Source: Cyanidioschyzon merolae
Taxonomy: Eukaryota
Direction: 5' to 3' (one strand)
Assembly: GCA_000091205.1 (NCBI GenBank)
Contig: AP006502.2
DNA length: 64,000 nucleotides
Under the pieces are notes generated by a model. It searched no databases and was not told where the DNA came from. It was given only the letters and a program-made list of their open reading frames with translations. Position 1 is the stretch's first letter. Every line of letters starts with the position of its first letter. Below are positions 55,491 to 64,000 of this stretch, piece after piece. The position numbers and the translations under genes were made by a program.

Positions 55491-57092
55491 ATGAGTAGAA
55501 AGCAAAGCTTGCGCCTTGGAAGCCTATGTTTCACATCAGTGCCGTCCGACCTGGGCTGTGTGAGGCGACACCTCCAGTGTGCCCAGCGGTCATGGTCACA
55601 ACCCGCTACGCAGCACAAGGCCAGATTTTGCACCCTGTTGCGAAGTTCCGCAGTCGATCGCCGAGTTCAACGAAAGCAAGACTGCTCTGTTCTCGGAGAG
55701 CCAAGCGGTAACGCTTGCAGCAACTCCACGCCCAGCGCTGCGAGCGCTCACCTAGCGCGACTGCTGGTGCACTTCAGTAAGAGAACGGGAGCCAGTATGC
55801 TCGGTATCCTCGGGGCGTTGCTCTTCTCTACAACCGCGACGCTAGAGAGCGATACGCGGGTCCAGCTGCCTCCCAGTCATCAGCTCATGATAGCGGGTCC
55901 AGTTCAGGCACTCACGGATGAGCAGTTTATCGTGGCGGAGGCGTGGCACCTCGTTGATCGCAAGTTCGTCGACCACGCACAAATTCAAAACGACTGGAAC
56001 AAACTGCGGTTAAAATACCTGCGTCGATCGTACCGCAGTATGGACGATGCACACCAAGCGATCCGCGACATGCTTCGAACGCTTGGTGATCCCTATACGC
56101 GCTTCCTCAGCCCAGCAGAGTACAATAGCTTACTTGCCGCAGCGCGTGGCGAGTTGGTCGGCATTGGTATTGAGCTCGCACCTCCACGTATCGACAACAG
56201 TGAGGATAAGCAGCATGCTACCGGCACATCGAAGGAGGCCGCACCACCCGGACGCGTCTCGGTGGCAGCGGTGCTCGATGCCTCGCCTGCTGCCCTGGCA
56301 GGCATCCGACCCGATGATGAGATTTTGCTGGTCGACGGAGAGGAGACAGGCGGTCTCTCACCTGATGAAGTCGCAGCGCGGATTCGGGGTGAAGCCGACT
56401 CTTTCGTGCGCTTGCGGATACACCGCAGAGGCGAGCGCGAGCCGCGCGATCTCGTTATCAAGCGCACACCGCTCCGGCTGGATGCGTTGTTGGCACGCGG
56501 CCCTGATCCAGAAGGTGTCGCTTACATCAGGATTCGCCAGTTCAACGAGAATACGGCTGAGGAGCTACGAGCTGCGGTCGAGAGAATGGCAGCGAACCGG
56601 AGTGCACCGCTGCAGCTCGTGGTCGATCTGCGCAGCAACCCCGGAGGCTACTTTCCTGATGGTGTCGATGCGGCGCGACTTTTCCTACCAAAAGATCGAA
56701 CAGTAGTCTACACCGTTGACGCCAAGGATCGCGTGAAGGAGCTTCGTGCTCAAGAGGACGGACCACTGCTCCGAATGGTACAATCACCGGTTTGGGTACT
56801 GATCGACCGCGGCACTGCGAGCGCGAGCGAGATATTCGCCGTCGCATTACATGACAATGGTGAGGCGAAACTCATCGGTTCGTGCAGCTTTGGAAAAGGT
56901 GTCATTCAGACTGTTCAAGGGCTTCGTGATGGAAGCGCCGTCGCGATCACAACTGCCCGATACGAGACACCGAAGCATGAGAACATCAACAAAAGAGGAG
57001 TGTGTCCGGATATTGTGGCGACTTGCAAGGCACCGCCTCTCAACTCCGAGACAGCAAGTATACGCGACGCGCTTGCCTGCCTTCCGCGTTAA
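55491..57092 (+). CDS. ctpA: carboxyl-terminal processing protease (S41 family, CtpA-like D1-processing / tail-specific protease) with PDZ domain
   Basis: The PDZ domain is …VGIGIELAP…AVLDASPAALAGIRPDDEILLVDGE…. The S41 catalytic region includes LVVDLRSNPGGYF and GTASASEIFAVAL. The long N-terminus is transit-like; the first ATG was chosen because the ORF-track start is GTG. Confidence 0.85.
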   Translation: MSRKQSLRLGSLCFTSVPSDLGCVRRHLQCAQRSWSQPATQHKARFCTLLRSSAVDRRVQRKQDCSVLGEPSGNACSNSTPSAASAHLARLLVHFSKRTGASMLGILGALLFSTTATLESDTRVQLPPSHQLMIAGPVQALTDEQFIVAEAWHLVDRKFVDHAQIQNDWNKLRLKYLRRSYRSMDDAHQAIRDMLRTLGDPYTRFLSPAEYNSLLAAARGELVGIGIELAPPRIDNSEDKQHATGTSKEAAPPGRVSVAAVLDASPAALAGIRPDDEILLVDGEETGGLSPDEVAARIRGEADSFVRLRIHRRGEREPRDLVIKRTPLRLDALLARGPDPEGVAYIRIRQFNENTAEELRAAVERMAANRSAPLQLVVDLRSNPGGYFPDGVDAARLFLPKDRTVVYTVDAKDRVKELRAQEDGPLLRMVQSPVWVLIDRGTASASEIFAVALHDNGEAKLIGSCSFGKGVIQTVQGLRDGSAVAITTARYETPKHENINKRGVCPDIVATCKAPPLNSETASIRDALACLPR

Positions 57093-57112
57093 GCGCATAT
57101 AGGGTAGACTAG

Positions 57113-57150
57113 GAAGGGGAGGAGGAGGAGGAGGAGGAGGAGGCGGCGGC
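57113..57150. repeat. (GGA)8(GGC)4 trinucleotide repeat just 3' of ctpA
   Basis: The sequence ggaggaggaggaggaggaggaggcggcggcggc is seen directly. Confidence 0.85.
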
Positions 57151-57514
57151 GGCAGAAACATCTGTATCCCAGTCCCTGCGATCCGTGGTGGGTGCGCGTA
57201 TTCCAGTGCCTGACGAGGCACCACCTGGAGACGCTCGAGCCGTACCACACGTAGCAATGGTTTCGGGCGAGGCCCTGCCCAGGATCTCCCACGATCAAGC
57301 ATTCTCTACCGCGATGAGCATCTTCGAGGGGCATAAACCTGGCACAAAAAGGTTCTTTGGCCACAAAATGTGCCAGTTTCAGCGGCGAGTTGCTCAGGTG
57401 CGCTCCAAAGCTCCAATGCAGGAATCCGGGTGCTCGTCTGCGTCTCGAAGAAATGACGTTCAGAATCGATGCTGGATACTGCTCACTCTACTGCAATCGG
57501 ATTTCAGCGCGGCG

Positions 57515-60508
57515 CTAGGCAGGCCGCGAAGCAGACCCCCTGACATGATCATCAGCATCATCAGCATTGCTCGCGGGGAGGAATTTCAACAGCCACGCGA
57601 GGCACTGGATCCAAGCGTCATCGAAACTGGGCGAATCCTCAATCGCATGATTGCTGCGTGGATAGAAGAGTACCCGGAGCGCTTCAGCCTGGGTACGAAT
57701 CGCACGTGCCCATTGAAAACCCTGCGAACACGGGACGCGTTGGTCTTGTCCACCGATCTGCAACAGGGTCGCTGCTCGAACTCGATCCGCATGCGATATG
57801 GGTGAACACAAACGCATACGTTCCAGCTCGGCGAGTTGCGGCACTCGATGAATGTTGCCTGGCGTACTCGACGCAGATGCATCTCCAATGCCGTCGTTGC
57901 TGTCGGACGTCGAGCGCTCGACGCCTCTTTCGAGCCCTATCTCGATGCCGCATTCGTGATAGCACCAGTCTGCAATATCCGTCTGCGACACCATTGTGGC
58001 AATATCGACGACAGGATTACGCAGGACAACCGCACGCACGACTGAAGGGCGCACGGCGCTGAGGTGCGCCCCCAGGAAACCCCCATGACTCCCGCCGACA
58101 ACACCGACGCGCCTGCGATCAATAGCGCTCCACTGGGGGTACCAGCGTCCCGAACTTGTGCCGCTGCCGTCGTTTTCGTTGTCAGAGCGACCCCCGTCGC
58201 CTAGTGGCTGGTGCTCGCCTCGGAACCAGCGCCAAAAATCAGCGTTCTCCAGTGCGCATTCCATGGACAATACACATTCTTGAACGTCTTGCTCGCCAAT
58301 CTTACCGAGCAGGGAGCGAAGTCGAGCCTCGCCCTGTCCCAGTGAACCGCGGTAGTTCGGCAGCAACAGCACGCAACCCAGTCGAGCGAGTACCGCCACA
58401 CCCGGATTCCACACGTTTGCCAGGTAGCACGCGTGCGGGCCACCGTGCAGCACCAGTACCAGCGGTACACGGCCGTGCGCATCAAGCAGCGCGCCCCGGT
58501 TCGGTGCCACCACGATCGCCTCGAATCGATCCGGGGGATTCGTCGACACAGACGAGAGCCAGCCGCCCGCTGACAGCGCCAACGACGCGATACCAATGCG
58601 GTAGGCCTGGTTTGCAGCCCCGTAACCCAGCGTGACGGTGCCGAGACTTGCTTCGGTGTTGCACCATTGCATCCGGTGACACTGGTCGCTGGGTGCAAAG
58701 CACCACTCGCTCACGCACTGAACCGTGCGAGTAGTCCCCGAGTCCGCAGCATCCTCCTTGATCAGCCGGGCGGCGAGCTCAATCGTCGGCGCCGTCAACA
58801 ACGTCATGCTGGTACCGACCACGATGTCCAGAGCCAGACGCTGCGGATGTGGCTGCGGCTGCGCTTCCCCATCCGTAGGAGGCTCCGGTAGCCAGCTGCG
58901 CTTCACTGCCAGCACCTGATCCATGCGCTGGTAGCACGCGTGCTCAGACTCACCGATGAACGCGAGCGCTCCAGTGCGGCGATCGAGCAGGACAGGTCGC
59001 GCTCGGCTGCCGACGACTGCGTTCAACACAATCCATTCGGAGCCAAAGCATCCGTCTGCGCCCTCAAGCAGCACCCGAGCTGGATTTAACGGATAAAACC
59101 CGCCGGGCCATTCGCCAAAACGAGGCCACGTTTCCCCGTTCGGAGCCAGAAAGCGACGACATGGACCAAGGCGAAGCGTGCGTTTCGGTTCATCGATGAG
59201 CAGCAGCGGCGCCTCTATGATCCAGTGCGCAGTGCAATGCGGTGCATCGCAGGGTGCCTCCGCCCACACCAGCAGCGCATCGCTGTGCAATCGTGGACAC
59301 GTTCGACTGTAGTACCAGGGCGCGTCTGCATCGGCACCAATGACCACCTGTACATGAGCGACGAGCGCAGATCCGTCTGCATCAGATTCACTTTCCTCGA
59401 TTGGACGACGTTCCAGCAGAGCAACAACGATCACGCTCGGACGATTGGTACAGTACACGTGTCCGCGCGGCACATCCGTGCGCCGTTGCCGCGCGATCCA
59501 GACGAGCACATCGCCGCGGCACTGCGGATCCGCGGCATCGGCATCGGCGATCGCGGGCGCAGCCCCGGTGATCCGCAGCGCACGCACGCGCCATGTCGCC
59601 GGTTGATCGGCAGCTGCGTGCAGCAGCGCTTCGAGCGTGTACAGGCGCGGGGCGCGCTTGCCGACAAACTGCTCTCCGTAGTCGTCGATATGTCGGAACG
59701 CCGAATAGCTGGGCCACGGCGTGTTCTGCTCTGGGCTGGTTTTTGTTGTCAGGGAATTAATGTGTGGTTGATCTGAGAGCGCTGGGTTCGGATGCGTTGG
59801 TTGCAATTGCTCCGCCACGTAGAAGAAGGCCATTTGTGTTGCGCTGTATGCACAGCCTCCGAATAGCGCATCGCTGTAGACGTCGCCATGAACCCTGTCG
59901 GTCGGGATGCAGCGTACCAGGTGTGGTGCGCTCGGGTTTCCGTTCGCGAGCTGCTGGCGCTGCCAAACTTCTATACGTGCTGCATGCGGCGAGGATTTTG
60001 ATGTGTTGGCGGACGTGTCCTTATCCTTGTCGCGAAAAAAGAGCAGTCGGTACGCCACCTCATCTGAGTCAAATTTGAGTACGTGTTGCGTCTCCTGCGC
60101 GGCAGCCGCTGGTGGCGTTATTCGCTCGATCTGGAGGAGAGGCATAGCGGCGTTTCGTTTCGAGCCGCTGACGGGTATGGAAGGTGGCTGGTTTGCCCTG
60201 ATCAGGAACTGTTCCCAGTGCGTGTATCGGTACTGGTGTCCGATGCGCGGCTCTCTTTGCTGCCGTTCTATTTCAACTGTGACCAGCAGACACGGCGTCT
60301 GTGGGCTCTTTGGAGGCGCTTGAAGCGCTGCATCGCGGGGCTGGCTAGCCGTATCCGCTGTCTCCAACGAGGGTGGCGGTGCGCGCGTCCAGAACCAGGA
60401 CGTCGACAGCGCTGCCGACACTGGCGTCGAAGTTTCTCGAGTAAAGTTCTCGAAAATCTTCGCAGCGAGTTCCTCTTCTTCCAGAGTGTTAGGGTCCTCG
60501 CCAGCCAT
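57515..60508 (-). CDS. S9-family serine peptidase (acylaminoacyl-peptidase / prolyl oligopeptidase-like) with long N-terminal beta-propeller region
   Basis: The C-terminal alpha/beta-hydrolase catalytic domain has VLVLHGGPHA, the nucleophile GGSHGGFLG, and downstream Asp/His. The ORF is open to 60673 (TTG); the first in-frame ATG (MAGEDPNTLEEEE) is at 60508 and was verified. Confidence 0.8.
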   Translation of the reverse strand: MAGEDPNTLEEEELAAKIFENFTRETSTPVSAALSTSWFWTRAPPPSLETADTASQPRDAALQAPPKSPQTPCLLVTVEIERQQREPRIGHQYRYTHWEQFLIRANQPPSIPVSGSKRNAAMPLLQIERITPPAAAAQETQHVLKFDSDEVAYRLLFFRDKDKDTSANTSKSSPHAARIEVWQRQQLANGNPSAPHLVRCIPTDRVHGDVYSDALFGGCAYSATQMAFFYVAEQLQPTHPNPALSDQPHINSLTTKTSPEQNTPWPSYSAFRHIDDYGEQFVGKRAPRLYTLEALLHAAADQPATWRVRALRITGAAPAIADADAADPQCRGDVLVWIARQRRTDVPRGHVYCTNRPSVIVVALLERRPIEESESDADGSALVAHVQVVIGADADAPWYYSRTCPRLHSDALLVWAEAPCDAPHCTAHWIIEAPLLLIDEPKRTLRLGPCRRFLAPNGETWPRFGEWPGGFYPLNPARVLLEGADGCFGSEWIVLNAVVGSRARPVLLDRRTGALAFIGESEHACYQRMDQVLAVKRSWLPEPPTDGEAQPQPHPQRLALDIVVGTSMTLLTAPTIELAARLIKEDAADSGTTRTVQCVSEWCFAPSDQCHRMQWCNTEASLGTVTLGYGAANQAYRIGIASLALSAGGWLSSVSTNPPDRFEAIVVAPNRGALLDAHGRVPLVLVLHGGPHACYLANVWNPGVAVLARLGCVLLLPNYRGSLGQGEARLRSLLGKIGEQDVQECVLSMECALENADFWRWFRGEHQPLGDGGRSDNENDGSGTSSGRWYPQWSAIDRRRVGVVGGSHGGFLGAHLSAVRPSVVRAVVLRNPVVDIATMVSQTDIADWCYHECGIEIGLERGVERSTSDSNDGIGDASASSTPGNIHRVPQLAELERMRLCSPISHADRVRAATLLQIGGQDQRVPCSQGFQWARAIRTQAEALRVLFYPRSNHAIEDSPSFDDAWIQCLAWLLKFLPASNADDADDHVRGSASRPA

Positions 60509-60739
60509 TTTCGCTGCAGACAGCGGAATCCAGTTGCACAGGTCGCTCACGAGCAGAGGGACCCTGTTCGTGAGGAATGGCGCGCCCAAGTGCCGGCGCC
60601 CGAGCAGACGCTGACGAGGCGGTGATCCCAGCGGCTTTGCCAGCTGGCACCAGCAACAAGAAACGCCTTTCAAAAGAAAAACGTTGTCGTCGGTGGTGTA
60701 CAGTAGTGGCGACCAGCGCCCTAGACAAGAAGTCTCTAA

Positions 60740-62900
60740 CTAACGTGCAGACGCCTCCCTCTCTTTTTGGACCGGCCACCTACTGCTACTTCCAATTTTT
60801 TCTCATATGATTCAACCTTAAGAGGTTGGCCCACAAAATTCTCTATTGTCACCTCCGGAGGTCTCTGATCCATCACCGCGCATCACCTAATGTTGATTGC
60901 GGCGTTAAAATCTCGGTTTCGAAACTCCATCCGTTTCTTTCCATTGATTGTACTTACTAATGCAAGCAGTCCTCGAAATTTTGCTCTCCTTTCCATTCGC
61001 TCTTCTGTCAGCGGTCCGTACTTTGCTCTGTTCTCAGGGCTCCTCTGGCACTTTTCCATCTCCACTCTCTGAAGTGTACACCCCAGCTCATGGTAGGTAT
61101 ACAACGTTCGAAACTCATCTACAGGTATCGTAGCGAAACGCCGTGCACACTCCTTGTACGCTCTCGTCGTTGGAGCTGGCGTGGTCGCTTTCTTGGGCGC
61201 CTAGCGCCCTGCTCCGTATGCCACTACGAGCCTCTGACTTTCATTCTACTCGAGGGCGCTCAACTGGCTGAAAAAGATCGCGAATGCATGCTGCTTCCCA
61301 CAGTATAGATGCATTCGCAGAGGAGCCCACCGGGACTTTGTATACTCTTTCCGCAGCGCCTCCCAATATGCAACACGAACTTTCATGAATTTCCGAAAAG
61401 CTTCAAATTCCGCTCCTCGGCTAGTCACCTCGCTCAAAAATTCCAGGTGCTCTTTCAATCCTGCATTCCACGTCTCAATTTTCTTCCTTGCGTTTATCAT
61501 ACCGGATTCTCGATAGTATCTCGCTCTCGAGAATCTCAACAGACGCATGTCCTTCTGACGTAAGTTGCCGTCGTTACCATCTTCCCCACGCTTCGGTGCT
61601 GTGATGGTGATGATATTTGTGTGGCCGGGGTCCGCGCCAACGATAAAATCGTTCTCATGCACTTTCTGCATCGCAGGATTCGCCTCCTTCTCATCTTCAT
61701 GCTTCGTCACGGCCGCAGCCGAAGGCGGAACTGGACGATCTGCCTGCAACCGCCGATAGTGAACACACTTGGATACTTCATTAGTTTCGATCACCCCCAG
61801 TAAATACCTTTTGTTTGCTGATTTTGAGACGTTTGAAATCGAAGATATTCCCCCAGTACGTCTCCCGGTTTTCGCCGGAGAATTCCCCCCTGCTAACACT
61901 GAACTCGGGACTGATCTCCTTCATGATGCCAGGAAGGACGCCGGAGTCGATAGTCACGAAATGTGACTTGATATTGCACAACGAAACCACGTTGAAGCGC
62001 TTCCCCATTAGGACAGCCTTCCGTCTCTCCCACTCTTCATTTGTCTCTTCACTCAACTTCATTTCCGCCTTGCGTTCGAGCTCTCGGTCCAGAAACACGA
62101 AATAGCGCAGGACGAGGCAATAGTATCTTTCCTTCTCTTTTTTCAACGCTAATATCTTGTCTGTTGGATTTGCCAGCCCCAGTACGGCACGGTGCTCTCG
62201 TATAACCGCACGGATTAGAGAAGCTTCATTCGTGCTCCTGCGTGATGTCTTCTCTCCGACGAATTCGATCTGATCTTCATGCTTGCGATCGTTCGTGATG
62301 CCATTGATAATCGCCCATTTTCCATTGCGAGAGATGCTCGGGTAGAGCGCAAACACGGCGCGTATCATGAAACGTTCGAGGTTTACGATCAGATGGTTCT
62401 TAGGGTTCGCGGGGTACTTTTTTTACACCGTATTCGTAAATGCGCCAGTCACTCCTGTATCGAGCACAGCTGAAGGGTATTCAACCTAACTTTCGTGGAG
62501 GCGTGCACGAGGTCATTCCTCCTTGACGTTTCCCCTGTGTCAAACATCAGGTGACGAATAGAGGTCCTGGTGAAAAATTCTTCCCGATCTTCGACTCTTT
62601 TGAGGTCTGTTACGTCTTCGTACAGCTCTTTCTCCAAATGCATCAGTCCTGAGGAAGCGTTACAGACGCTGCTGGAGTACGTCTCGATACGGTTTCTGAT
62701 GGCCTCTTGCAACTTTAGCTCGTACGCCTCTTTGGTATGCTGAGAATGTCTCCTGGGCTTATGCTTCACGCTCTCCCCAGTGGCAGGTGCTTTAGAAAGA
62801 TCTGGGCAGCAACACGTCCGCAACGCAATTCATTCTGCGACTAGGGGCAGTTAACCCGCGTCCGGGCGTCGCTCTAGTCGCAGTGGACTTCTATAACAAC
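60740..62900 (-). mobile_element. near-full-length but pseudogenized Fanzor/TnpB-like (OMEGA-family, RuvC-fold RNA-guided nuclease homologue) gene of a eukaryotic transposon. It spans about 690 codons across at least 3 reading frames and carries 3 in-frame stops in the C-terminal half.
   Basis: RuvC-I is ENDFIVGADPGHTNIITI (ORF 61246..61899). The conserved block RAYKECARRFATIPVDEFRTLYTYHELGC matches the TnpB Y-K-x-x-x-G…V-D-x-x-Y-T-S-x-x-C zinc-finger region. RuvC-III is RMEFRNRDFNAAINIR at 60886-60930, followed by a TGA stop and then a still-conserved tail (ENFVGQPLKVESYEKKL). In-frame TAG stops lie between the blocks (…SALE*NESQRLVVAYGAGR*APKK…). The upstream ORFs 61781..62368 and 62449..62823 are in other frames. 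Confidence 0.65.
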
Positions 62901-64000
62901 GCTTCGCGTTGTTGTGGGCAGTAATTCTATCAGCACAATTTGCTAGTTCCTGGAATGATTATGCGCCCGACCCCTTCTCAGATGAAGCATTCCTCGTTCC
63001 GACGCCCTCATTGACACAGTAAAAGCCGTTCTGTCTCCGTGATGCATCTGCACCAGCGGTATAACTGCTACTGCGGGTGCAGCCAGGCAAGCACTCGGCA
63101 CACGAGAGAATACACGAAACAACCAGTACATCCGAAAGAAAGCATAACTAATGGAACCTGGAGGTACGTTGCAGCATGACGGATGATTTTTCCATTCCGA
63201 ATGCCCATCCATGCCGCAATCCGGCATCCACGGTCGATGGAAACGTTCTGTCATCGGAAAACAAAACTCAGCTACAGCGTGTCGGGTACCGGGCATCCCC
63301 GTACGGCCAGCAGCGGGGCTTCCGACGCTGCAGGGGGCGCGATCGTCGTCGCGTTCCCGCGAATCCCCGATGAAAGGCGCGAGGCCACCTCAGCCGCCAA
63401 TTGACATCCAGCGGATGATGCGCGACGGCGGCACTAGGGGATCGTTTCTTGAACATTTTCAAGCCACTGGGCGCCAGCGACGGGAACGCTAGGCGAAGCA
63501 CTCGTAGGCGCTTGTTGAATCGGTGCGTCTTGGGTGAACGGCGCATACTTGCAGGTAATCGGACTGCACAGAGAGCGCAAGACGCTTGGACTCGAGCAGC
63601 AGCATCGAGGCACGTTTCTCCAGCTGTGTCGAAGAACGGGGTTCGACGGGGCGTTTGAGGCTCACTGCTGCACGCCCACTATTTTATTTGATTGCGCTGT
63701 TTCCATAAAAGTTGCTTTTGGCACAGCGTTGGGTGTCGGCGAGCACCAGAAGAGGGCTTTCGTCGAGATAGAAGCGGGGCTATTAGCGAGCTCGTGAAGT
63801 TTGCGCGTTCAGTTCGCGACGCGGGCGACGTTGCCTCGCCATGGTGTCCAACCTTCTACCTGTGCCTGCTCCGAGCCAGGCACACGCACCATCGATGCAT
63901 CTTACTTTAATGGAGCGGTTCTGGCGCGTTTGCTTTCTCGTTCGATGTTTCTTCAACAGCGTAAGAGAGCGAGGATTATACACCACATCGCGGGTACGGC

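Noticed and set aside
61190-61250. A 49-nt GT…AG mini-intron that would remove the first TAG stop in Fanzor copy C
   Set aside because: Removing it shifts the frame by +1 and destroys the downstream conserved YKECARRF…RuvC-III reading frame. The stops are better explained as pseudogene mutations.
1-64000. Prokaryotic operon / defence-island interpretation of the window
   Set aside because: Gene content is unmistakably eukaryotic nuclear (CCT chaperonin, USP14, BRE1 RING, UTP11, NOP2, PWP1, RabGGTase). A canonical GT-AG intron is present. Genes alternate strands with their own divergent promoters rather than forming operons.

Overview
This window is GC-rich (roughly 55-60% by eye), compact nuclear DNA from a photosynthetic eukaryote, not a prokaryotic locus. 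Almost every long ORF is an uninterrupted homologue of a conserved eukaryotic protein. There are about 25 genes in 64 kb, on both strands, with short divergent intergenic regions. The genes include CCT-alpha chaperonin, USP14/Ubp6, BRE1 RING E3 ligase, UTP11, NOP2, PWP1, Rab-GGTase beta, NADP-IDH, succinyl-CoA ligase beta, QTRT2, CTU2, a Tim17-family protein and a BEM46 hydrolase. Plastid and photosynthesis markers are chlorophyll synthase ChlG, the D1 C-terminal processing protease CtpA, YbeY, an organellar IF3, and a DPE2-type 4-alpha-glucanotransferase with CBM20 modules. Only one spliceosomal intron is evident, in BRE1. The extreme intron poverty, compactness, GC level and starch-related genes are compatible with a red alga of the Cyanidiales type, but this is inference only. 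The ORF track uses GTG/TTG starts, so many listed starts are not real; where I checked the codon I moved the start to the first in-frame ATG. The most interesting content is a family of degenerate Fanzor/TnpB-like (OMEGA-type, RuvC-fold) transposon-encoded nuclease genes. One near-complete but pseudogenized copy lies at about 60.7-62.9 kb, and two 3'-terminal fragments lie at about 24.1-24.7 kb and 34.6-35.0 kb. All three share nucleotide and protein homology through the RuvC-III motif (D-x-NAAINIR) and a C-terminal tail. Other non-genic structure: a 108-bp x3 tandem minisatellite, a ~200-bp dispersed repeat present twice, a perfect 24-bp inverted repeat, a palindromic (CAGT)n microsatellite inside the BRE1 intron, and many trinucleotide microsatellites, several of them translated into poly-M/H/Q runs. 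No rRNA, CRISPR or convincing tRNA was found by eye.
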